64,000 nucleotides of DNA from Spirochaetia bacterium. Its GTDB lineage: Bacteria > Spirochaetota > Spirochaetia > DSM-27196 > Salinispiraceae. The stretch covers positions 448,001-512,000 of the forward strand of contig JBBRCZ010000001.1 of the NCBI GenBank assembly GCA_038204425.1. The letters are read 5' to 3'. Both the position numbers and the translations under genes were made by a program. The notes beneath the pieces were generated by a model that saw only the letters and a program-made list of their open reading frames with translations, ran no database searches and had not been told where the DNA came from. This document shows positions 1-8,561 of the stretch, piece by piece; the stretch's first letter is position 1; every line of letters starts with the position of its first letter.

Positions 1-904
1 CTGACCAAATAACGGCCATGCCTGCTAAAAAAGCGTCTCCAGAACCAATTGGATTTTTGATTGCCTTATTGCTCAAACGCGGTTGGCTGATCTGCCAACA
101 AACACCATCACTGGCTACAAGAACGGGAAGGGCGCCGCGGGTAAGCACAAAGTTGCATGGTGAATCCTGACTAAGTTCCTTGAGCATTTCGTTGATATCG
201 GCCAAGTGTTGATGGCTACCATGGGCTTCAAGCTCAGAAAATAACTTGGCGTGTTGAGGCAAGAAGGTACTTACAAACTCATCGAGATTTATTTTTACAA
301 GACTCGGCTGTTCTTTGAGAGCTAAGATCAAATCGCTGCCTCGCACATCCAGAATTACTTCTACTGCGTTCTCAGTGGCAATCCTGACTAAGCTAGCTAT
401 AATATCATCCTCGTAACCACTTGCTTTAGATCCACTTATGCATACCAATGAACACTCTTTGACTAACATAGAGAAACGGCTGAGCAATTGACTTGAAACG
501 TCGCCGTCGACAGCAAAGGCCTCTTCGATCAGTTCACTAACAACTACACCACTATCATCAGTTTCTGGTTCTTTGATGTTGAGCACGGTAGTGCACGTCC
601 TTAGTGGACCAGTACTCGAAACCAAGTCCAAGGTCAAACCTTCTTTAGACGCCAGTTCTTGATACCGACTAGCATTGCTTCCGCCTTGACTAAGACATAT
701 GCTGTTAACTGATAATTGTTTTAGACAGCGGCTTACGTTAGCGCCTTTTCCTGCCGCGTCAAGATGAGATTGAAATGCTCGATTAACTACGCCCATGTGA
801 AAACCTTTAAAAAGATAGGTTTGCTGAAATCCTGGACTTAGGCAAACTGTCAGAATCGGTTTGGTCGACTTTCGACTGATTTCAAGGTAGTCAGAAACTG
901 TCAT
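1..904 (-). CDS. PfkB-family carbohydrate kinase (1-phosphofructokinase/tagatose-6-P kinase-like), runs off the left window edge
   Basis: Manual translation from ATG at 904: ILTVCLSPGFQQT...AAGKGANVSRCL...KINLDEF...NPIGSGDAFLAG (PfkB signatures). Not in the ORF track because it is open at the edge. Confidence 0.85.
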   Translation of the reverse strand, partial: MTVSDYLEISRKSTKPILTVCLSPGFQQTYLFKGFHMGVVNRAFQSHLDAAGKGANVSRCLKQLSVNSICLSQGGSNASRYQELASKEGLTLDLVSSTGPLRTCTTVLNIKEPETDDSGVVVSELIEEAFAVDGDVSSQLLSRFSMLVKECSLVCISGSKASGYEDDIIASLVRIATENAVEVILDVRGSDLILALKEQPSLVKINLDEFVSTFLPQHAKLFSELEAHGSHQHLADINEMLKELSQDSPCNFVLTRGALPVLVASDGVCWQISQPRLSNKAIKNPIGSGDAFLAGMAVIWS

Positions 905-935
905 GGCGGCACCCTCTCAATTTGTGTATAAAAGT

Positions 936-1250
936 TTAACGTTGGGGAAGACTGTAGGTTCTATTCTCTTTGATTTCGGCGGCCTTGTATAGAATTGCAT
1001 TGTTTCCAAGAATAGACACTAGTGCTGCGCCAGAAACTGCAGCTAAGTGTTCGCTCATTTCACGTCGTTCGGCTTGAGCAAAGGAGAACTTTACTTTGAC
1101 CAGTTCATGGCATTTGACGGCTTCAATGAATGCTTTTTCCACAGCGTCGGTCAGTCCACTGGTGCCGACGGAAACGACAGGACTAAGAGTGTGAGCCTTT
1201 TTTTTGAGCCAGGCACGTTGGTATCCCTTAAGTGATTGTATTGTTGACAT
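936..1250 (-). CDS. yhbY: YhbY/CRM-domain RNA-binding protein
   Basis: LKKKAHTLSPVVSVGTSGLT...HELVKVKF...ILGNNAILYK; 104 aa. Confidence 0.88.
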   Translation of the reverse strand: MSTIQSLKGYQRAWLKKKAHTLSPVVSVGTSGLTDAVEKAFIEAVKCHELVKVKFSFAQAERREMSEHLAAVSGAALVSILGNNAILYKAAEIKENRTYSLPQR

Positions 1251-1355
1251 GTCTCCATTTTAGACAAGACTTGCCACTTCTGTCTATTTGATTGTTGCTG
1301 ACTATCACGATTCTTGCATAATTGATTGGATATAGAAGGCGATTGCTTCAAGAAA

Positions 1356-1384
1356 TTGTCCGTAAGTTTATTTAGTGCTATAAT
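1356..1384 (+). promoter_or_regulatory. sigma70-type promoter for the 1413 ORF
   Basis: TTGTCC-17 bp-TATAAT with extended -10 TG; AGGAG RBS before ATG 1413. Confidence 0.6.
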
Positions 1385-1412
1385 GTGCACCGGTTTGGAA
1401 TAGGAGCAATTA

Positions 1413-2807
1413 ATGGCGGTTGACGATAAAATTCAACATGGTCACGACTTTGGACCAGTAGATCAAAATACAAACGAACAGACAATTGAAGAACGAAATT
1501 TTGACCTAGAACTTTCAGACCATCTGCGTGACTTGTCACTACCTTCGGGTTCCTTAGTTCTTATGATACTTGAGCACCATACTGACTGGTTTAAACTGGA
1601 AAAGGTGGTTCAGCAGTTTGAATGTCTATCTTGTTGTTTTGGCACCAATCGAGAACCCAAAGATCTAGAACAACATTTAAAGTCACTCGAGCCGTCAGTC
1701 ATTATTCTTTCAAATCAGCTTGCGCTAAAACGCTTTGAAGTACTAATAAACTCGATTTCTCAGTCGAGTGTCTTGCTATTTGTTGACCTGTCGCTGCCTG
1801 AGATTGATAGGGAGCTTGGATCCAAAAACGACCTTACAAATAGCAATTTGGCCGGTAATAGTAAGTCAAGTGAGGCTCGTTGGCTGGAAATCGACTTTGT
1901 GCGCCAAGACAGCATGCCAGTAGTTATGCGTTCCCAACACAATCTTCAAGTGCAGCTTGACAACTTATGTCTTCTTTTACCAAAAAAACGCGGACTGAGG
2001 ATTTTAAACCTCCTTCCAATTGGGAGCGAAGCGGCCAAGGCTTTTAAGCAACTTGAAAGCAAGTTTGAATGGAAGCAAATTTTTTTAACGGTTTCAAAAA
2101 AGCAGTCAATCTTAGAAATGCTGAGGCGCGAAGAACCTGATCTTTTGCTTGCTGATCAAGATACCTGGCTTGATTTGGTCAACGAAATTTTTGCAAAACG
2201 ATCTGAAGCAAGCGAATCCAACAACAGAAAAACAGGTTTTTTTCAAAAGTTGAAGCTTGCTCACAAGCGAGCGATCTACCGTCTATTGGGAAGTAGAAGA
2301 CTAGGCAGTCCGGTTAGGGATCCACTTGCAATACTTGGAGGCCTTTTTTGCACATTTGCTTTGCTTCCATTGCGCATGCTTGCAGAGCTATTTGTATTTT
2401 CTTCATTAAAAAAACACGTAGGTGTAACTGTAAAAATGGGTATCTGCTTTTCGCCTCTTGATACACAGGCAGATTTATCTGCGCTTGCTTTGATTGACCT
2501 AAAGACACTAAAGATATTTGGCCGAAGTGAATTGGGCCCATTGGTAAGCTACGGGCAAAACAACTTTGGCAAGCTTGGTGACCGTGGATTTTTGGCCAAA
2601 GGCTTAGATTATTCGCATTCAGAAGACCAAGGCTCGTTGTTGCTTCGCAGCGAACAAATTATGCAAGGCTATTATAAGAAGCCATTAAAGACACGCGAGC
2701 TAATAGATACACAACATTGGTTTGACACAGGTCTGAGACTATCGGTTGATAAAGAAAGAAGAATAAGAGAAACAAAGCAACCATCAAAGCCACATACTAT
2801 AGATTGA
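1413..2807 (+). CDS. Degenerate AMP-binding (long-chain acyl-CoA ligase-like) protein lacking catalytic motifs
   Basis: C-terminal LRSEQIMQGYYKKP...IDTQHWFDTG follows the ANL-family pattern; no YTSGTTG P-loop and no C-terminal subdomain. Confidence 0.6.
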   Translation: MAVDDKIQHGHDFGPVDQNTNEQTIEERNFDLELSDHLRDLSLPSGSLVLMILEHHTDWFKLEKVVQQFECLSCCFGTNREPKDLEQHLKSLEPSVIILSNQLALKRFEVLINSISQSSVLLFVDLSLPEIDRELGSKNDLTNSNLAGNSKSSEARWLEIDFVRQDSMPVVMRSQHNLQVQLDNLCLLLPKKRGLRILNLLPIGSEAAKAFKQLESKFEWKQIFLTVSKKQSILEMLRREEPDLLLADQDTWLDLVNEIFAKRSEASESNNRKTGFFQKLKLAHKRAIYRLLGSRRLGSPVRDPLAILGGLFCTFALLPLRMLAELFVFSSLKKHVGVTVKMGICFSPLDTQADLSALALIDLKTLKIFGRSELGPLVSYGQNNFGKLGDRGFLAKGLDYSHSEDQGSLLLRSEQIMQGYYKKPLKTRELIDTQHWFDTGLRLSVDKERRIRETKQPSKPHTID

Positions 2808-2812
2808 TCGGC

Positions 2813-2836
2813 AAAAAAAACCCCGCCGGAGCGGGG
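2813..2836 (-). terminator. Rho-independent terminator downstream of tRNA-Asp
   Basis: Minus strand reads CCCCGC-TCCG-GCGGGG followed by T8. Confidence 0.85.
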
Positions 2837-2841
2837 ATAAT

Positions 2842-2915
2842 CGGGAGCGACGGGACTTGAACCCGCGGTCTCCGGCTTGACAGGCCGGCGTGATAACCAA
2901 CTTCACCACACCCCC
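2842..2915 (-). tRNA. tRNA-Asp(GTC)
   Basis: GGGGGTG acceptor pairing with CGCTCCC, anticodon arm CCGGC-CT-GTC-AA-GCCGG, T-loop GGTTCAAGTCC; CCA not encoded. Confidence 0.95.
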
Positions 2916-2930
2916 AAATCGACAGAGGCG

Positions 2931-2959
2931 ACTATATCGAATCAGATTTTTACTGTCAA
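2931..2959 (-). promoter_or_regulatory. sigma70 promoter of tRNA-Asp
   Basis: TTGACA-17 bp-TATAGT on the minus strand just upstream of the tRNA. Confidence 0.75.
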
Positions 2960-2986
2960 GCTGTAAATTTGTTTTTTTTGGCGTCG

Positions 2987-3015
2987 TTGACAGACAGGGT
3001 ACCCCATGGTAATTT
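2987..3015 (+). promoter_or_regulatory. Divergent sigma70 promoter for the SurA/PpiD-like gene
   Basis: TTGACA-17 bp-TAATTT with extended -10 TG. Confidence 0.55.
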
Positions 3016-3110
3016 CAACAGGCCCTGATTACAAACTAACAGGATAGGTCAGCTTTACGTTGCTGCCCCAAAAACTCGAAGCTGCGGTGCTTCTTAGAAA
3101 AGGTAGCCTT

Positions 3111-4685
3111 ATGTCCTCTGAAAAAAAAACCAATCCGGCAATTGATACGGCTAAAGCCAAGAAAGACGTCAAGTCGATCATCAAAAATAAATTTGGCTAT
3201 TTTATGTCGGTTATTTTGCTCGTGCTGATCGTAATTTCATTTGTAGTCGTACAAGCACTTCCCCAAGGTGGTTCAAGCGCTGCAAATGCAAGCTTTGGAA
3301 GCTACGATGGTGTAAGCATTGAATACAAAAGAGGAAATTTTCTTTTCAATGACATTGAGCGCCAACGACAGATGTATCGAAACACTGACGATCCTGCTCA
3401 ATTGAAGGATATCTATCGCACAAGCTTTGATCGCTACGTAAAAGAAATTGCAAAACTAAGATTGGTACAAAGAATGGGACTGACCGTAAGCCAAGAAGCG
3501 GTTATCAAGGCAATAAGGGATTCAGGATCTTTTAATGACCCCAAAACCGGTACTTACGATCCACAACTCTTTGAAGCATATAAAAATAGCGACCTTAATG
3601 CCATAGGCTTGCTCTATGAAAATATTCAAGAAAGCTTACTTATCGAAAAAGCACGATCGACCATCGCTGTAGCAAGCACCTTATCCGAAAGTGAGAAGAA
3701 GTTTTTTGAGCAAATGTTCGCTTGGGAAAGAAGTTTTGAACTAGTAGGATTCTCAGAGAATGACTACCCTTTGAGTCAATTGCTTGATCATTACAATAAA
3801 AACAAATCCCTTTATCAATACCGAGACTTTTCCGTTATCAACTTTGCCAGTCAAGAAGATCTCCAAGCAGCTAGAAGCCAAATCGTTGGTGGAACAAAAA
3901 CATTCGAAGACTTGGCCGACAATGGTCTATTTGATAATCCTCGGCTCAAAGATTCTAAACGACCGAGGGTCTTGTACTACGACTTAAGATTGGATATCGC
4001 CGAAGCTAGCAAACTTGACGCTTTGTACCAATTGCCCAACGGCTCACTTAGTGAGGATATAAACGTCTCTGGCAATCGATGGCGCCTGTATCGGGCAGAT
4101 ACAGACACTGTGAGCTTAAACGTTAACAACGAAACTGACCTGGCAGACGTACGCAGATATTTACTCGGAAACGAGCGCGGCTTAGTGCAAGACTATGTGA
4201 GTCAAGAAGCACAAGATTTTGTTAAAATTGCACAGGCTAGCAGTTTGAGCAGTGCGGCAAAGCGTTTTAAAAAGGATGTCAAAAACACCGTAAGTTTTCC
4301 CATTAACTATCGAGGCCTAACGATTCTCTATCCGCAATACAATTATGAAGCACCGGCTTTTGCACAACCAAGCGATAGCGAAAACAAAGCAATCGAAAAT
4401 GCCCTCAACAACGAAGAGTTCTGGATTACGGCTTTTAGTCTAAAGACAGGTCAAGTTTCAGCGCCGCTTTCTCTTGGTGGACAGACAATAATACTCAAAA
4501 TCCTCGATGAAAAACGCCCGCTTGTCACTACAGTTGAAGCGCTTGATGCGAGCAGCAGAAATGTTTCAATGCTGGAACAGATAGTGCAAAGCACCCTGCA
4601 AAAAGATTTTGATGAACTAGTGGTAGACGAAAATCTGTTGAAGGATAATTTCTCGAGTGCCTTTGATAGATCTCTCCAACAATAA
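3111..4685 (+). CDS. Membrane-anchored SurA-N-domain/PpiD-like periplasmic chaperone
   Basis: N-terminal TM (FMSVILLVLIVISFVVV), SurA_N-like 'MGLTVSQEAVIKAI', degenerate parvulin segments ('TFEDLA', 'AFSLKTGQVSAPL'); ATG 3111 preferred over TTG 3060. Confidence 0.65.
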   Translation: MSSEKKTNPAIDTAKAKKDVKSIIKNKFGYFMSVILLVLIVISFVVVQALPQGGSSAANASFGSYDGVSIEYKRGNFLFNDIERQRQMYRNTDDPAQLKDIYRTSFDRYVKEIAKLRLVQRMGLTVSQEAVIKAIRDSGSFNDPKTGTYDPQLFEAYKNSDLNAIGLLYENIQESLLIEKARSTIAVASTLSESEKKFFEQMFAWERSFELVGFSENDYPLSQLLDHYNKNKSLYQYRDFSVINFASQEDLQAARSQIVGGTKTFEDLADNGLFDNPRLKDSKRPRVLYYDLRLDIAEASKLDALYQLPNGSLSEDINVSGNRWRLYRADTDTVSLNVNNETDLADVRRYLLGNERGLVQDYVSQEAQDFVKIAQASSLSSAAKRFKKDVKNTVSFPINYRGLTILYPQYNYEAPAFAQPSDSENKAIENALNNEEFWITAFSLKTGQVSAPLSLGGQTIILKILDEKRPLVTTVEALDASSRNVSMLEQIVQSTLQKDFDELVVDENLLKDNFSSAFDRSLQQ

Positions 4686-6321
4686 TAATCTCATAATTGA
4701 GTCCCTTGCCTCTGAATCGGGCCAGGGACTTTATGTAAAAATTAACAACGTTAGAATCAACGGACGTGACCCACAAAAGGAAGCGAAGCTTTTAGCCAAT
4801 AACACGGAACTTCGTGACAATACACTCTATCTTTTGTTTCACCCGCTGCACTTTTATGGGGTTGACCAAGTACTCATAAAACTGCCCAATAATTGCTTGA
4901 TAGTTGCGCTTGAGCCAAACGTGAAACTTCAAGCTTTATGGTCGTCCGACGGTTCTATATTGAAAACAATTCAAGACAGCCGTTTGGTGATAAACTTGGA
5001 CAATCCTGCCAAATTTAGCGAAACAAAAACCCTAGAGCTTGTAAGAAATCTACTAGAAAACTCAGGCACAATTCGTCGTGTTGAGCCGCTATTCTTAAAC
5101 TCTTGTTCAAAAATAAAGTGCGTTGAAAGGGAGCAAGTTATTACCAAGTGCCAAGACTTGCTGCGAAACTATTGGCGCAATCAATCAACTTTGCTTTTTA
5201 TGGGCAGACTCTGGATAAAGAACATTATCAATAACTTTGGAACAGTGTTTACGACTAAGGCAAATAGCCCAGTCAGCTTGCCCGCAAGAAAAGCGTGCTT
5301 GGTATGTGGGGCAGGTCCTAGTCTTGACTCATCTTTAGACTTTATTCGTGACCAACGCCAGCACCTTTTTATAATTACTGCGGATTCGGCTTTGCCAAGT
5401 CTATTGGCTGCTAAGATAGACCCGGACGTTGTAGTAGTCTTAGAAGCTCAACAGGCCAATGTGACTGATTTTGTGGCAAGTTCCGAGGCCAGTTTTGAGG
5501 TCTGGTGTGACCTTAGTTCGCACTACAACCTGCTTCACCAGTTTAAAGGGCGAACTATCCGTTGGTTTCTGAGTGAGTTTGCACCATCAAATTTATGGTC
5601 TCAAATTAAGTCTTGCGGACTAGAGATTAACTATATACCCGCACTGGGAAGCGTAGGAGTGGTCGCACTTTACTTGGCAGAAAAAGCAGGATACAAAGAT
5701 ATTGCCTTTACCGGACTTGACTTTTCATACTATGGAGCCAAAAGCCATGCGGCAAGTAGTCCCCACCATCTTTATAATCTAAGCAAGAATTACCGAGCAT
5801 ATAGCGGCTTTTATCCGCTTCCCAACCAAGATTTAATTCCAGTCGATGGCTACAAAAATTTGTTGACAGATAAAGTGATTTTATCCTACGCAACAGTGGC
5901 AGAAAAGGTGATTGAACAGCTCGTTATGCAGGGCCTTCTGGTATATGACCTACGCACAAGCGGCATACAACTCGCCACACGCCCTTTAGGTCAAACTGAA
6001 GCATTCATTCACAAGCTCAGCCAACTAACCCCGCAGTTGCCAAGCTTGTCATTTTTAGAACTCGAGACTCAGGCCATTGCTGTGAGAGAATTCTTTGCCG
6101 TACTTTCGACTGCGATTGCAGCTTTAGAAGGCATATTAACCGGCGCTTTAGAAAGTAAAATCCAGCCCAGTGAGCATGAGCTTGTTCTTCAGAACTATCG
6201 TTACTTCTTCTATGTGATTGCTGGATTTGATCCAAAAAATATTAAGTTGGCTTTGCTTCCCTATCTTCTTCATGAGCTACATCATTTTAAAAAGACACTA
6301 AAAAAATATAGCCAAGTCTAA
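4657..6321 (+). CDS. DUF115/MptE-like (motility-associated factor, Maf) protein, possible flagellin glycosylation
   Basis: WIKNIINN, LVCGAGPSLD, ITADSAL...IDPDVVV, GSVGVVALYLA...IAFTGLDFSY motifs. Confidence 0.7.
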   Translation: MPLIDLSNNNNLIIESLASESGQGLYVKINNVRINGRDPQKEAKLLANNTELRDNTLYLLFHPLHFYGVDQVLIKLPNNCLIVALEPNVKLQALWSSDGSILKTIQDSRLVINLDNPAKFSETKTLELVRNLLENSGTIRRVEPLFLNSCSKIKCVEREQVITKCQDLLRNYWRNQSTLLFMGRLWIKNIINNFGTVFTTKANSPVSLPARKACLVCGAGPSLDSSLDFIRDQRQHLFIITADSALPSLLAAKIDPDVVVVLEAQQANVTDFVASSEASFEVWCDLSSHYNLLHQFKGRTIRWFLSEFAPSNLWSQIKSCGLEINYIPALGSVGVVALYLAEKAGYKDIAFTGLDFSYYGAKSHAASSPHHLYNLSKNYRAYSGFYPLPNQDLIPVDGYKNLLTDKVILSYATVAEKVIEQLVMQGLLVYDLRTSGIQLATRPLGQTEAFIHKLSQLTPQLPSLSFLELETQAIAVREFFAVLSTAIAALEGILTGALESKIQPSEHELVLQNYRYFFYVIAGFDPKNIKLALLPYLLHELHHFKKTLKKYSQV

Positions 6322-8120
6322 TCTTCAGAGGTTTTCAAAACTGACAAGAATGCCGATTGCGGAAGTTCAACATTTCCTACCATTTTCATACGTTTTTTGC
6401 CCTCTTTCTGCTTTTCTAGTAGTTTTCGCTTTCTACTAATGTCACCACCGTAACATTTGGCTAACACGTCTTTTCTCATCGCTGAAATAGTCTCCCGCGC
6501 AATTATGTTGCTGCCTATTGCGCCTTGAATCGGTATAACAAACTGATGTCGAGATATTTCTTCTTTTAGTTTCTTACAGATGTTGCGTGCGCGATGCGGG
6601 GCAGTGTCTCTAAATACAAGCTGTGACAACGCATCCACGGGCTTATGATTGAGCATAATGTCGAGTTTTACTAGATCGGTTGCTCGATAATCTATAATTT
6701 CGTAGTCAAAACTCGCATAGCCGCGACTCAAGGATTTTAGCCGGTCGTAGAAATCGTAGAGTACTTCGGCTAGCGGCAACTCATAAATCAATTCCACTCG
6801 TTTTTGATCCAAATACAGAATATCGCGCTGAATTCCTCGTTTTTCATTGCACAGATTCATCAGGTTACCAACGTACTCTGATGGGGAAATTAGTGACGCC
6901 TTGATAAAAGGCTCCTTGGATTCCAGAATTCTTGTTGGGTCAGGAAAGTCCTGTGGTGACTCAACAATTTGCATGCTACCACCGTGTAGATAGATTTCAT
7001 ACCTGACGGAAGGCGCGGTGAGCACAATTGAAAGATTAAACTCACGTTCTAAGCGCTCTTGAACGACCTCTAGGTGCAGAAGACCCAAAAATCCACATCT
7101 AAACCCATATCCCAGTGCGGCAGAGGAGTCCTTTTCGTAGGTCAATGCAGCGTCATTCAGCTTTAGCTTTTCCATGGCTTTTATCAATTCTTCATAATCA
7201 TTGGAATCAACAGGATAGACCGAAGAAAAAACTACAGGCTTGATATCTTTAAAGCCCGCCAAAGCGCTTAGACAAGGATTTTGCGCATCGGTAACCGTGT
7301 CACCAACTCTAATGTCAGATATTTGTCTGATACTTGCAAGGAAGTAGCCAACTTCGCCGCTTTCTAAGCTAGTGGTTTTTTCTAAACCAATGCGAAACTT
7401 TCCGATTTCTTCTATTACATAGTCCGCGTGTTTTGAGAAAAATCGTATGGTTTGACCTGGCTTAAAACGACCATTGAAGACTCTGATATGCACCACTACG
7501 CCTCGATAGGCGTCGTAGTGCGAGTCAAACACCAAGGCTTGTGGTGGAGAACTCGGATCGGTTTTTGGACACGGAATATGCTCGACGACAGCTTCCAAAA
7601 GTTCGTCGATGCCTATGCCCATTTTGGCAGAGACCTGCATGGCCTTATCTGTGTCGAGGCCAAGATCTTTGTCGATTTGTTTCATTACTGAAGCAATGTC
7701 AGCACCTGCCATATCAATTTTGTTGATAACGGGTATTATTTCTAGGTCCTGCTCCATTGCCAAATAGAGATTGGAAAGGGTCTGCGCTTGTACGCCCTGT
7801 GTTGCGTCAACCAGCAGCAATGCTCCTTCGCAAGAGGCAATAGCTCGTGAAACTTCATAAGTGAAGTCAACATGACCAGGAGTATCTACTAGGTTAAGCT
7901 GATAGACTTCTCCAGTTTTTGAGATAAATGGAATACTGACAGCCTGTGACTTAATGGTAATGCCGCGCTCGCGTTCAATATCCATATTGTCGAGGATCTG
8001 GTTCTTAAAGTCTCGCTCGGCAACAATTTTAGCCTTCTGAATGAACCTGTCAGCAAGGGTAGACTTACCATGGTCTATGTGTGCAATGATGCAAAAATTG
8101 CGTATCTTTGAAATATCCAT
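6318..8120 (-). CDS. lepA: Elongation factor 4 (LepA)
   Basis: IRNFCIIAHIDHGKSTLADR, GFRCGFLGLLH, RKDVLAKCYGGDISRKRKLLEKQKEGKKRMK. Confidence 0.98.
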   Translation of the reverse strand: MDISKIRNFCIIAHIDHGKSTLADRFIQKAKIVAERDFKNQILDNMDIERERGITIKSQAVSIPFISKTGEVYQLNLVDTPGHVDFTYEVSRAIASCEGALLLVDATQGVQAQTLSNLYLAMEQDLEIIPVINKIDMAGADIASVMKQIDKDLGLDTDKAMQVSAKMGIGIDELLEAVVEHIPCPKTDPSSPPQALVFDSHYDAYRGVVVHIRVFNGRFKPGQTIRFFSKHADYVIEEIGKFRIGLEKTTSLESGEVGYFLASIRQISDIRVGDTVTDAQNPCLSALAGFKDIKPVVFSSVYPVDSNDYEELIKAMEKLKLNDAALTYEKDSSAALGYGFRCGFLGLLHLEVVQERLEREFNLSIVLTAPSVRYEIYLHGGSMQIVESPQDFPDPTRILESKEPFIKASLISPSEYVGNLMNLCNEKRGIQRDILYLDQKRVELIYELPLAEVLYDFYDRLKSLSRGYASFDYEIIDYRATDLVKLDIMLNHKPVDALSQLVFRDTAPHRARNICKKLKEEISRHQFVIPIQGAIGSNIIARETISAMRKDVLAKCYGGDISRKRKLLEKQKEGKKRMKMVGNVELPQSAFLSVLKTSED

Positions 8121-8156
8121 AAAGAGTCATGATAGTACTCTGTTTAGATTGTATGT

Positions 8157-8561
8157 TCAAGGACGAAGTTTGATGTCAAACTTCTTGAGCTGATTAAATA
8201 GACTGTCCTTGTCTATCGGTTTGACTACGTATCCAGTGGCACCGCCCTGATTGAATGCCTCGATGACGTTCTTTGGATCATCCAATGCAGTTGTCATGAT
8301 TACCGGTACTTCAGCCTTGGACGAAATACCCATCTCACGTTCCAGCAGTCTGATTTGTTTCAAGGCCGTTTGGCCATCCATCTTGGGCATCATAATGTCC
8401 ATAAAGATGATTTCGTATGGTTGATTGTCTGCCCAAGCGAGTTTAAAGGCCTCGATTGCCTCTTCACCATCAACTACGGTATCAACCGTTCCAAGACTTC
8501 CAAGGATTACCTGTAGTAACCTTCGACTTCCAAAATCATCCTCTACTACGAGAATTTTCAT
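8157..8561 (-). CDS. Single-domain response regulator (CheY-like)
   Basis: MKILVVEDD...IFMDIMMPKMDG...IMTTA...YVVKP; AAGGAG RBS before ATG 8561. Confidence 0.9.
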   Translation of the reverse strand: MKILVVEDDFGSRRLLQVILGSLGTVDTVVDGEEAIEAFKLAWADNQPYEIIFMDIMMPKMDGQTALKQIRLLEREMGISSKAEVPVIMTTALDDPKNVIEAFNQGGATGYVVKPIDKDSLFNQLKKFDIKLRP

